The translations under genes and the position numbers were made by a program. Of a stretch of 64,000 nucleotides of DNA, positions 38,036 through 47,401 are shown in pieces. Below the pieces are notes generated by a model that ran no database searches, was not told the origin of the DNA, and was given only the letters and a program-made list of their open reading frames with translations. The stretch is from a virus, in IMG/VR virus record IMGVR_UViG_3300036859_000309, positions 4,814-68,813 of that record, one strand, 5' to 3'. Positions within the stretch are counted from its first letter, which is position 1, and each line of letters begins with the position of its first letter.

Positions 38036-39729
38036 TCACGCTGCCCTCCGCTGCGGCTTATCCCACAGGTCGCTGTAGTTCGCCGCGGTGACGGCACGCT
38101 GCAGCCCGGGCGGCACGGCGTTTCCGATCATGGCCACCTGCTGGGTCTTGGTGAACATGCGGCCGTCGTGGCCGCGGTCGATGACGTATTGGCGCGGGAA
38201 GCCCGTGGCGTTGGCCAGCTCGCGCGGCACCAGCATGCGCAGGCAGATGTCGACCACCGCCCACGGCTCGCCGCGGATCCAGACGGTCACCAGCGCCAGC
38301 CGGTCCTTCGTGGTGATGGTGTGGACCGGCTCGCGCAGGTCGCCCCATTGGCCGCCGGCGCCGTAGTAGCGGATCAGGAAAGCGGCGCAGCGCAGAGCGC
38401 CGGCCTCAGCATCGGGCGCGAGGTGGTACTCGACCAGGCCGTGGTGCTGGCCGCCAGCGCTCACCGTGCGTAGCGGCTCATCCAGCGGCCGCGCGTCGCA
38501 GTTGCCGCGCAGGTGCGCCAGGTGTGCGGTGACCAAGCGCTGGTTCGCGCCCTTTGTCATGATCGTGGACAGCGGGCCCTCCAGGCTGTGCGCCGGCAGC
38601 GCGTTGCCGAAGCCGTTGGCCTGCTCGACGAAGGCGGTCACCAGCGCATGCTTGGCGCCGCCGGCGACGACCGTGCCGAGCGGCTGCTCGATGTCGAGCG
38701 CCCGCGGCGCCTGGCCAGTGCGCTCGCCGTAGCCTGTCTGCACCAGGACCGGCGTTGCGAGCATGAACTCGCCGCGCTGAGCGGTAGTCACGGTGCGCAG
38801 CGGCTCGCGGATGTCGTGGACCCGGACCCCGCCGCTGTGCGTTACCGGCACGATGAAGGGATCGCTGCTGTCCAGCACGAAGCGTTTCATGCCGTGGGCC
38901 ACGCGCCGGCAGGTGGCATCCGCCAGCGGCTTCGGCCGGTCGAAGATGCTGCGGGACGGCAGGTTGAAGTCGATGCACTCGGCGGCCGAGCGCCACTTCT
39001 TCACCCCCTTGGCGGGCTTGCGCGCGTGCGTCGCCTCGGGCCACTGGATGGGCAGGCCGTCGCGGCGCGCGACCATGAAGAGCCGCGTGCGTGTGGTGGG
39101 CACGCCATAGTCGGCGGCGCGCAGCAGTCGGTGCTCGATCACATAGCCCTGGCTGCGCAGGATGGCCAGGAAGCGCTCCCAGGTCTGGCCCTGGCGCTTC
39201 GGGTCTGGCACCAGGTGCTGCAGGCGCCGCGGCACGTATTCGCCGGGCGCCGCCACGGTGCCGTCGAGCTTGATGACGCGGCCCGTGGCCTTGTCGCGCT
39301 TGGCGATCAGCGGGCCCCATTTCCGGATTTGATCAACGTTCTCAAGGGTGATGACATCGGGGCAGGCCTGGCCGGCCCAGCGCACCACCACCCAGGACAG
39401 CGACCGGATCTCGGTGTCGCGCGGCTGGCCGCCCAGCGCCTGGCTGAAGTGCGTGCAATCCGGGCTCGCGTGGAAGTAGCCCGCCGGCCGGCCGCCGGCC
39501 GGCCGCCGGTCAGTTCGCGCGGGCACAGCTCGCGAACGTCCTTGCGGTAGTGGCGGGTCTGCGGGTGGTTGACGGCGTGGCACGAGACGGCGTCGTCGTT
39601 GTGGTTGACGGCGATGTCCACGTGCCGGCCGATCGCCTGCTCGATGCCGGTGCAGCTGCCGCCGGAGCCGGCGAACAGCACGATCACCAGCTTCGCGGCG
39701 AGGTTGAGGACGAACTGGGGCGAGATCAT
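38036..39729 (-). pseudogene. C5 cytosine DNA methyltransferase, frameshifted by an 11-bp tandem duplication
   Basis: Motif I LFAGSGG in one frame; SPDC, ENV, RTR, IGNAVPP in another; removing one GGCGGCCGGCC unit restores ...ELTGGRPAGYFHASPDC. Confidence 0.88.
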
Positions 39730-39896
39730 GCAGTCGCGCCCCCCGCGTCCTGGCCAGCAAACTCATACGCGACCTCGAGCACGGCCTCGATCGGGATGGC
39801 CAGCGCCTGCGCGGCCACGGCACAGCATTCCTCGATGTCCGAGGCGCCGAGATCTTGGGCGCGGTCGAGTGCCGCGCGGACCTTGTCTTTGCTCAC
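39726..39896 (-). CDS. Small hypothetical protein (56 aa)
   Basis: GTG start; ATGA overlap with the methylase start. Confidence 0.5.
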   Translation of the reverse strand: MSKDKVRAALDRAQDLGASDIEECCAVAAQALAIPIEAVLEVAYEFAGQDAGGATA

Positions 39897-39898
39897 GA

Positions 39899-40609
39899 TC
39901 ACGACTCGCTGCCCTGCTGGTCGTCGGTGCCGGCGTCAACATCCTGCGTGCCGCCTTCGTCGTCGGCGCCTGCCGCGCCGTGCTGCGCCGCGAAGATGTC
40001 GCCGGCATCCGGATCGCTGCCGCCCTCGCCAGGAGGGGCAGCCGGCGGCGGCGTATCAGGCTTGCCGGCCCGGTAGCCCTTCTTCGCCGGGATGAGGTCT
40101 GCTGGTGCGAGCAGCATGGCGGAGATCTCGCCTTCCGACGCCAGGCCCGACAGCTCGCCGTAGATGTCGTTGTCCTGCAGCTCCTCGCCGTTGTACTGGA
40201 TCGTTCCCTTGATGGTGACGCTGCCGCCTTCGTTGAGCTCGTAGTGCAGGTTGGCCAGCACCACGTCGGTGAAGTCGACGTGCGCATCGTCGATGCCGTA
40301 GTCCCAGATGAAGCGGTAGCCGCGCCACTTCTCGCCCTTGGCGTAGCTGTAGGCGAGGGGTAGCTTGGGGTGGCGCAGGTTCGGCAGCGGGATGATGATG
40401 TCGGGCAGCGGCTCCTGGCCGTCCTTCAGCGCCTTGTTGCAGTAGTGGTGTTCGCGCAGGCCCGGTTCGATCAGGTCGAGCAGCGTGTTCTCGCCGGTGA
40501 GCGCGAAGGCGATGTCGATGGCCCGCACCCGCTCCTCGCCGTGCAGCTCGCGGCGCGGGTTGGCGTTGGTGATCAGAATCTGCGTGGGCTTTTCGAGTTG
40601 GAAGGGCAT
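39899..40609 (-). CDS. Hypothetical phage protein
   Basis: GGAG RBS; NPRRELHGEE..AIDI. Confidence 0.75.
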   Translation of the reverse strand: MPFQLEKPTQILITNANPRRELHGEERVRAIDIAFALTGENTLLDLIEPGLREHHYCNKALKDGQEPLPDIIIPLPNLRHPKLPLAYSYAKGEKWRGYRFIWDYGIDDAHVDFTDVVLANLHYELNEGGSVTIKGTIQYNGEELQDNDIYGELSGLASEGEISAMLLAPADLIPAKKGYRAGKPDTPPPAAPPGEGGSDPDAGDIFAAQHGAAGADDEGGTQDVDAGTDDQQGSES

Positions 40610-40635
40610 GAGGGCTCCGGGTGAGGTTGTGAAGG

Positions 40636-41685
40636 TCAGGAAACGCGCTCGACGTCGGTGCGCGTCGGTCCGAAGCTGCGCAGCGCGCAGGGCGTGTCCA
40701 AGGTGTGCTGATCGCAGTGCGTCAGGACCAGGTTGAAATCGGGGGAGCCGAAGTCATCAGCGCAACGGGCGCGCAGCTGGTCGGCATCGAGGTGAGCGAA
40801 GCGAAGCGCGCCCTGGTATGGGTGGTCGACGTTCGTGTCGTCTGTGAACCGAAGCGCCGGATCTTCATGGGCCAGCGGGCCGGCGCCATGCCGCGTCACG
40901 TAGGTGCGGCTGACGTAGTAGGCGTCGATCTGGTCGATCCCAGCCGAGGCGCAGAGCTTGCGCACGTTGTGCATCCCCGTCTTGGAATGCGTGACGTGCG
41001 GCCAGTACTCTTTGCGGTCCTGGTCCAGCATCAGTCCCTGGGCACCCTCGAATACAGGATCGACGCATTGGCCGATGCCGGCTGGGTGCACCGCCTGCGC
41101 GAACTTCTCGCACCCGTGCACGAAGGCTTCGATCATGGCTTCGGCGTCCTCGATGGGCTTCCCGCTGCGGAAGGTTGCCCACTTGCCGCAGATCTCGCGC
41201 AGCTTTTCCTTGAGGCGCCCCGGCTGGCCGTGCCAGAGGTCGGACATCGTGATCGACAGGATCTGGCTGCGCTGAATGGTCTCGTGAATGCCCAGGCCCA
41301 CGCTACCGTGTCGCTTCGCGCCGCGGGAATCCTCCTTGCGCTGGTTGATGATCATGTCGGCGAAGGTGGTGACACGGCACTCAGGCGAAGCGAAGACCAT
41401 CGGATGCACGCCCAGGTGATGAAGCGCGTCCATCTCCTTGAAGAACATCAGCGGGTTCACCACGAAGTACTCCGACAGGAACGTGGGCACGCCGCAGAAC
41501 GCGCCGGCGCCGACGTGCTGGAACACGTGGCGCTGCCCTTCTGGCGTGACGACGGTGTGGCCTGCTTGGCTGCCACCGTTGAACCGCACCACAACGCCGG
41601 CGCCCTGCGTGGAGCACAGGTAGTCCGTGATGAGACCCTTACCTTCATCGCCGAACGAAGCCCCGACTACCACCCTCGCGCGCAT
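40636..41685 (-). CDS. Divergent adenylosuccinate synthetase (PurA)-like protein
   Basis: GASFGDEGKG, RFNGGSQAGHT, FEGAQG, TRHGAGP, SFGP; lacks the canonical IGTTG and TTGRxR loops. Confidence 0.88.
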   Translation of the reverse strand: MRARVVVGASFGDEGKGLITDYLCSTQGAGVVVRFNGGSQAGHTVVTPEGQRHVFQHVGAGAFCGVPTFLSEYFVVNPLMFFKEMDALHHLGVHPMVFASPECRVTTFADMIINQRKEDSRGAKRHGSVGLGIHETIQRSQILSITMSDLWHGQPGRLKEKLREICGKWATFRSGKPIEDAEAMIEAFVHGCEKFAQAVHPAGIGQCVDPVFEGAQGLMLDQDRKEYWPHVTHSKTGMHNVRKLCASAGIDQIDAYYVSRTYVTRHGAGPLAHEDPALRFTDDTNVDHPYQGALRFAHLDADQLRARCADDFGSPDFNLVLTHCDQHTLDTPCALRSFGPTRTDVERVS

Positions 41686-42596
41686 CAGGACGCTCCCAGG
41701 AGCTTCGGAGCTGACGTGCCGCGCGGCAGGTGCTTGACCGCATCCAGCACGACGCGACCGCCGGCGCCCCAGGCCCGGGCCGATGCCTCGGCGTCGCGGC
41801 CCTCGGCCACTTCGATCGCGCTGACGATCGTCTCGGCGAGCTGGCGGTGGTCAGCCAGGCGGATGACACGCTCGCCCAGCAACTCTCGCCATCCGGTGAG
41901 AACGCGATCGAGGTTCCGGCGGGCGTGGCCGCCTTCCTCGATCACGATGTGGAAGACGTCGTACTTGCGCTGCGCGAGCTCCAGCAGATCGCGGGTCGAG
42001 AGGTCGGCTTCGATGTCGTCGCCGATGAAGGTCTTGATCTGCGCCTTGGTCAGCGGACCAGGGATCTCCTCATCGCCCACCGTGAAGAGGTAGCCACGCT
42101 TGCCACGCTTGACGATGCTGTCGTGCTCGGTATGGAAGGCGGCGAAGTACCAGGGCAGGTTGTAGCTCTCGAAGCCGTTGCCGCCGCCGCCGTGCTCGAG
42201 GTACAGCTGCGTCAGCTGCTCGACGATGCGGTTGTCGGCCTCGAACTGGGATACCTGCAGCGGCGCGCGGTCGTAGTTCGCATCGCCGATGCCCATGAAC
42301 ATCACGTGCGGGTTCGGCACCGGCTTGCGATCCAGGATGCCGGTAAACAGCGTTCCGAGGCCCTCGCGGGCGATCACGTCGGCGATGATGCCCATGCTTC
42401 CGGTCACGTCCAGTCCGACGATGATCGGCGTCGCCTGCGGGTTGTCGGCGCTGTCGCGCGATTCGCGCAGCCGCACGCCGAGCGGGTTGAGCTTCTCGTG
42501 CATACCGCTCGAGGTGTAGATCTGGTCGGTGCTCTTGCCGACGGTCGTACTGGAAAACGCGCGGTACGCGCCTGCATCAAACGTTCCTGCACCCAT
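41685..42596 (-). CDS. vWA-domain protein
   Basis: MIDAS-like DVTGSMG; GIGD; GGGG..ESY; TVGDE. Confidence 0.85.
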   Translation of the reverse strand: MGAGTFDAGAYRAFSSTTVGKSTDQIYTSSGMHEKLNPLGVRLRESRDSADNPQATPIIVGLDVTGSMGIIADVIAREGLGTLFTGILDRKPVPNPHVMFMGIGDANYDRAPLQVSQFEADNRIVEQLTQLYLEHGGGGNGFESYNLPWYFAAFHTEHDSIVKRGKRGYLFTVGDEEIPGPLTKAQIKTFIGDDIEADLSTRDLLELAQRKYDVFHIVIEEGGHARRNLDRVLTGWRELLGERVIRLADHRQLAETIVSAIEVAEGRDAEASARAWGAGGRVVLDAVKHLPRGTSAPKLLGAS

Positions 42597-42653
42597 CTGG
42601 GTTTCTCCTTCTTTGGTCCAGCCGATGGAGCGCGGCTAGTTCGCTGTCTTGAG

Positions 42654-43421
42654 TCAGGGCAGGAGGGCTGGCACCGCGCCAGCAACTGCCTGGCGCGTGG
42701 GCACCGATTCGTCGTTCAGGATCGCTGCGGCGCGCGCTGCTTCGCCGGCCCTGCTGCTGGGGCAGGGTGTGCCTGCCGCGGCCATGGCCTTCTCGATATC
42801 CCCCTTTTGGCAGAGCCGCGCGATTGCGGCCTTGGCCAGGCCGGCCGCGCGCAGAGCCTCTGCGTCGTATCGGATGTCGCAGTTCGCGTCGGTCCAGGTC
42901 GAGGCGCCGGACAGGCCCAGGCTTGCAACCTGCACGCCGCCGCTCGTCGACCCCATGCAGGTCCCGTTCGTTGCCGTCAGCGGCGCCGAATAGGCCGTGT
43001 TCACCGGGTTGCGGTCCTGCGCCGGCGCCACGATCAGCGGGTCAGACTTCTCGGTCGCCGCGGCCTGCTTGATCGGCTGCTCGGTCGGGGCTGCCGGCTT
43101 GGCTTCGCCCACTGGCGCCGCGGGCGGCGCGGTGACGTTCACCTTCACGTTGACCGGCGCCGCGTTCACGGTGTTGTTGATGGTGCTGGTCAGGGACTGG
43201 CGCTGCGCCGCGATGGCCGCAGCCTTAGCCCGGGCCTCGGCGCGCGAGGTCGACGTGGCTGAGCCGCCGGCACCGCCCTGGCCGCCGTTGCCCGGGCTGC
43301 CTGCGCAGGGGGAGTTCGCGTTGCCGACGCCGTTGCAGCCGGTATTGTTGCCTTCGCCGCCCGGGGTGGCATGTGCCGCGGTGGCAATGAGGATCGCGAG
43401 AACGAGGATGGTCTTCTTCAT
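42654..43421 (-). CDS. Putative secreted Cys-containing protein
   Basis: Signal peptide MKKTILVLAILIATAAHA; AGGA RBS. Confidence 0.7.
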   Translation of the reverse strand: MKKTILVLAILIATAAHATPGGEGNNTGCNGVGNANSPCAGSPGNGGQGGAGGSATSTSRAEARAKAAAIAAQRQSLTSTINNTVNAAPVNVKVNVTAPPAAPVGEAKPAAPTEQPIKQAAATEKSDPLIVAPAQDRNPVNTAYSAPLTATNGTCMGSTSGGVQVASLGLSGASTWTDANCDIRYDAEALRAAGLAKAAIARLCQKGDIEKAMAAAGTPCPSSRAGEAARAAAILNDESVPTRQAVAGAVPALLP

Positions 43422-43446
43422 GTTGGTCCTAGGTTGAGAGATGAAT

Positions 43447-43517
43447 AGGTGGGCCGGGGCGCTACTACCCGCCGGGCGCTTCGGGGTGAATAACTTCCCT
43501 GGCGCCTGTTCCAGCCC
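43447..43517 (-). ncRNA. Candidate c4-like/cloverleaf structured RNA
   Basis: Minus strand GGGCTG...CGGCCC-ACC closing stem with two internal hairpins in an intergenic gap. Confidence 0.3.
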
Positions 43518-43526
43518 GAAAGGGGT

Positions 43527-43715
43527 TCAGTCGCTGAAGTGCCTGTCGTGCAGGCGCTCCAGCACGTCGATCTGTCCTTCGGTGAGGCTGGTGGTGTTGT
43601 CGCCGTTGTGGGTCTGGGCCACCACGTTGCGGATAAAGCGGCTCTCCCACTCCGTCACATCCTTGGTGTCGGACAGGCCGGCGACCTTCTTGACCATGGT
43701 GTTGAGGCTCGCCAT
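43527..43715 (-). CDS. Small hypothetical protein
   Basis: VTEWESRFI...LTEGQ. Confidence 0.7.
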   Translation of the reverse strand: MASLNTMVKKVAGLSDTKDVTEWESRFIRNVVAQTHNGDNTTSLTEGQIDVLERLHDRHFSD

Positions 43716-43718
43716 GGT

Positions 43719-44012
43719 TCAGGCAGCAACGGGCGCGGGGAACTTCTTGAACGGCAGGCGCTTGATGTGCTGGCCGAAGTACTTGCCGATCGACTCGGCG
43801 CCGACGAAGTCCGCATAGAGCTGCGGCTCGCAGTTCGGGTAGTGGTAGATCGATTGCGGGCTGCGGATGAAGGTCACCGCCAGGGTCTTGCGCGCCGGGC
43901 AGTAGCCGATCTCCGCGATCTGGCTCGACTCAACCGGGAGCATGGTGATGGGCTGGTACTCCTCGGTCGAGTACGGCTGCGGTTCGACGTAGGTCTTGGG
44001 CATCGTGGTCAT
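43719..44012 (-). CDS. KTSC-domain protein
   Basis: PVESSQIAEIGY....LAVTF...YHY......AESIGKYF. Confidence 0.88.
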   Translation of the reverse strand: MTTMPKTYVEPQPYSTEEYQPITMLPVESSQIAEIGYCPARKTLAVTFIRSPQSIYHYPNCEPQLYADFVGAESIGKYFGQHIKRLPFKKFPAPVAA

Positions 44013-44029
44013 TGAAGTGGAGGGATGGG

Positions 44030-45907
44030 TCAGGCGGCTTGCTTGGCCTGGATGGCCTGGACGTGCGCGACGATCGCGGCCAGGATGTGCGGGTACTCGG
44101 CTTCGTGGAACAGCACGGAGCCGCGGTCTTTCTGCCCCGTGAAGCCCAAGGTGCCCAGGCCATCGGCGGTGATCTGCAGGGGCGCGATCCGCTCCTTGAT
44201 CTGGCCGAGGCTCAGCGTCGGCTTGCTGGTGGGCACGGCGGCGGCGCGCGACGGCATTGGGATCACGGTCGGGGCGGGCGCCGGTTCCTGTGGCGCGGCC
44301 GCGGCGGCCTGGGCCGGCGTGGGTACGACGGCTTGTTCGCGCGCCTTGGCCGCGTCGAGTCGCTCCTTCAGGTAGGCACGACCAGCGAGGAAGGCGGCGG
44401 CGACGCGGGGGCGGGAATCGCTCGCCCAATCGGTGCCGGTCGATTCGTAGGTCCCGATGGCCTTCTCGATGTAGGGCACGCTGTCGAACTCGATGCGGTG
44501 CGCGTGCTTGTCGAAACTGACGATCAGCGCGTCCTCGGCCTCTTGCGCCTCACGCTGCTCGCGCTGCAGCTTCGCCGACTCCTCTGCGCGGATGCGCTCA
44601 CGCTCCGCGTCCAGGCGCTTCTGCTCCTTCTCCTTGTGCTCGGCGATGCGCGCCGTCACGAGGGTCGCGAGGTCGTCCGTAGGCTTGAGGACGATCTGGG
44701 CCGTATCGGGAAACAGGGACACGTAGTCCGCGGCCTTCTCGCGCAGCGTGGCCAGGTTGGCCTGGATGCGGTCGGCAGTGGCGCTGGCGTCAATCTTTGC
44801 GTTGGCCAGCACCGTGTCCACGGCGTTCTGCATGCTGTCGAACGAGCGCATGTTCTTGATCGCGCCGCCGAAGTCAGCGGCCACCGGCGGCATGTAGGGC
44901 CTGCCGATGCGGGTGTTCAGGGCGGCGACGTGGTCTCCCAGTGCCTTGATGCCGCCAGCGACGATCTCACCCTTGCGCGACTCCTTGCGTGCCTTCTCCA
45001 GCTTCTCGAGCGCCAGACGCACATCGCGCGCCTCGGCGCTGACTTCGTCCATCGTGCGGAAGAGCAGGTCAATGCTCGCGGTTTGGCTCAGGGCGTGATC
45101 CTTCGCGGCCGCCACGCGCGACTCGATGTCCTCGCACCACTTGCGCGCCTTCGCGCTGTCGGCGAAATCCTGATCGGTCTTCAGGTCGCGATTGACGCTG
45201 CGGATCGCGGTGAGCGCGACCTCCTTGAACTCGGCCAGATTAGATGCGCTGACCTCGCCTCTGAGGACGATGTGCAGCGCCGGCAGCGACTCGGGCGCGC
45301 GGCCGACGACTTCGGCGACCGGCTCGGTCGGCTCGTAGGTGATCAGATCCTGCTCGAACTGGGCCCAGGCTGCGCGGATACGGTCGAACCAGGTGGTGTC
45401 GGGCTCCACCCAGACGTGGAAGGTGTTCTCGCGCGTGCCGTCCGAGACGGTGAACAGGAGCCGGTCGGCGCCGGTGACCATCAGCACCTGCTGGCACTGG
45501 GGCATATGTTCCTCGGGAACCTGGCCGGCGCGGACGATGGGCCCGTTCTGAGCGTTCAGGCTCTTGCACTCCCATGCCGTCTCGTCGAGCATGTCGATGC
45601 CGTCGCAGGAGGCGCTGATACGGCCGATCGAGGTGGTGGCGGGATAGAAGCCATCGACTTGAGCAAACTCGACGGCCAGCGGCCGGGCCAGCGCCTCGAT
45701 CTCGTGGCCGCGGTCCAGCACGTTGCGCTGGAGCCAGTCGCTGAACTCCTTCGCAATGCCGGTCTTCTTGGCGCGCAGCAGCTCGGTGCGCGTGGTGGTC
45801 TTCGACAGACCCAGCACTGCAGCGATTTCGCTGCCGCCGAAATGGACGAGGCGGAACTCATCCCATGCAGGAGTGCCTTGCGCGAGTGCGTGAACGGTTC
45901 TTTCCAT
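44030..45907 (-). CDS. YqaJ/lambda-exonuclease-like recombination nuclease with long coiled coil
   Basis: QGTPAW...GGSE, RGHEIE, ASCDG, WECKS, QCQQ. Confidence 0.88.
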   Translation of the reverse strand: MERTVHALAQGTPAWDEFRLVHFGGSEIAAVLGLSKTTTRTELLRAKKTGIAKEFSDWLQRNVLDRGHEIEALARPLAVEFAQVDGFYPATTSIGRISASCDGIDMLDETAWECKSLNAQNGPIVRAGQVPEEHMPQCQQVLMVTGADRLLFTVSDGTRENTFHVWVEPDTTWFDRIRAAWAQFEQDLITYEPTEPVAEVVGRAPESLPALHIVLRGEVSASNLAEFKEVALTAIRSVNRDLKTDQDFADSAKARKWCEDIESRVAAAKDHALSQTASIDLLFRTMDEVSAEARDVRLALEKLEKARKESRKGEIVAGGIKALGDHVAALNTRIGRPYMPPVAADFGGAIKNMRSFDSMQNAVDTVLANAKIDASATADRIQANLATLREKAADYVSLFPDTAQIVLKPTDDLATLVTARIAEHKEKEQKRLDAERERIRAEESAKLQREQREAQEAEDALIVSFDKHAHRIEFDSVPYIEKAIGTYESTGTDWASDSRPRVAAAFLAGRAYLKERLDAAKAREQAVVPTPAQAAAAAPQEPAPAPTVIPMPSRAAAVPTSKPTLSLGQIKERIAPLQITADGLGTLGFTGQKDRGSVLFHEAEYPHILAAIVAHVQAIQAKQAA

Positions 45908-45924
45908 AATGGTCCTCGGTGGTT

Positions 45925-46959
45925 TCAGGCGCGCAGCTTGGCGAGGCACTCGTCGTAGCAGGCCTCTTCGGCGGCCCGCTCTTCATCGGTGCGCTGGATG
46001 GAATTGGCGAGGTCGAGCGCGGTGTTGAGCGCGTCTTCGTCCTTGGCGGCGCGCAGCTGCTCGAGCACTTCGGCGTGGGACAACTGCGTCGGGGCCTCGG
46101 TGGAGGCCGGTGCGGCCGCAGGCGCTTCTGACGGCTGGGCGCCCTTGGCCAAGCCGCGGATGACTTCCTTCTGCGCGTCGCTAAGCGGGGTCTTCTGGTT
46201 CGCCGAGTTGATCTTGGCGATCACGTCTTCCGGCTTCGTGCCCTTGGTGATGACCTTCTTCCAGATGGCGAGGTTGGCGTCGAAATCGGCCTGCAGGTAG
46301 TAGGTCGGCTCGGCCGGCGCTTGCGCCTGGGCGCCGTCGACCATGTTTTCACGCAAGCCGGCTTCCAGGTCTTCCAGGTCCTGCGAGAACATGTCGCTGG
46401 CCGCCAGGACGTTGAGCACCATGGCGACCTGGGCGCGCTTGTTCGCCATCTTCAGCACCGTGTTGGCGGCGTCGGCAGCCTCGGTGCGGATCTGCTTCTG
46501 GCGGTAGATGCCGTTCTGCCCGCGGCCGAACTTCTCGCGCCTGCGGTCCGGCATAGCCTCGTTCCATTCCTCGTCGCAGATGGACTTGCGCCACTTGTAC
46601 TTTTCCTCGGTGCTGGCCGCTTCGCCCATGCCTTCACCAAGGACAACGCCGGTGCCCTGGTGCGAGCCGCGGCACGTGACGCGGTAGCGGGTGAGATCGG
46701 CCGTCGACAGGTCCTCGACCGCGTAGGAAGGCGCGATGTGGAAGACCATGCACAGCAATTCGGCGCCCGGCTTGAGCAGCGTCGGCTTCGGCGTGCCCGG
46801 AATCTTTCCGTAGTGCACGTCGGGCTTCATCACCTCCTTCATGACCTTCTGGATCACGGTGAGGTGGCTGAGCACTTCGGCGACTTCCATCCGGCCGGAG
46901 TGCTGGGCGTGCGCCACTGCGCCGCCCTGTGGTTGTTGGATCGTCAGTACGTTGCTCAT
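45925..46959 (-). CDS. Putative ssDNA-annealing recombination protein
   Basis: HYGKIPG..KPTLLKPGAE, NTVLKMANKRA; adjacent to exonuclease. Confidence 0.6.
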   Translation of the reverse strand: MSNVLTIQQPQGGAVAHAQHSGRMEVAEVLSHLTVIQKVMKEVMKPDVHYGKIPGTPKPTLLKPGAELLCMVFHIAPSYAVEDLSTADLTRYRVTCRGSHQGTGVVLGEGMGEAASTEEKYKWRKSICDEEWNEAMPDRRREKFGRGQNGIYRQKQIRTEAADAANTVLKMANKRAQVAMVLNVLAASDMFSQDLEDLEAGLRENMVDGAQAQAPAEPTYYLQADFDANLAIWKKVITKGTKPEDVIAKINSANQKTPLSDAQKEVIRGLAKGAQPSEAPAAAPASTEAPTQLSHAEVLEQLRAAKDEDALNTALDLANSIQRTDEERAAEEACYDECLAKLRA

Positions 46960-47401
46960 GAAGCTCTCAGAGGTTGATGAAGAGGGAGTTGAGGAAGCGC
47001 GCGACGTCGCTGCCGAAAAACACCAGGCCGAGAACACCGGCCCAGAGCAGACCGGCCGAGGCGATGAAGTCCAGGTCCTCGGCGGACGTGAAGTCGTGGT
47101 CCTCGGAGTTCATGGCTTGCCTTTCGTGACGGGAGGGCTCATGGGTTGGAGTCGATCGACACGGCCGTCGTACATGTCGGCCAGCGCGGCGTGGTGCTCT
47201 GCGGCCGCGCGGTGCTCGAGCGCGAGCCGGCGCGCTTCGTAGAGCTGCTGCGCGACGACCTTTTCAGGGCTGGTGGGCTTGAAGATCACGAGAACAGCCC
47301 CGGTGCGTTCGGGCCGAAGACGGCGCGGTCGAGGAAAAAGACGGCCACCGCGGCTACCGCGATCACCAGCAGCGCGACGTTGATGGCTTGGAGTGCGGCC
47401 T

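Noticed and set aside
40636-41685. PurZ / Z-genome (2-aminoadenine) pathway
   Set aside because: Retains Asp in GDEGKG rather than the PurZ Ser; no datZ, mazZ or DNA polymerase gene in the window
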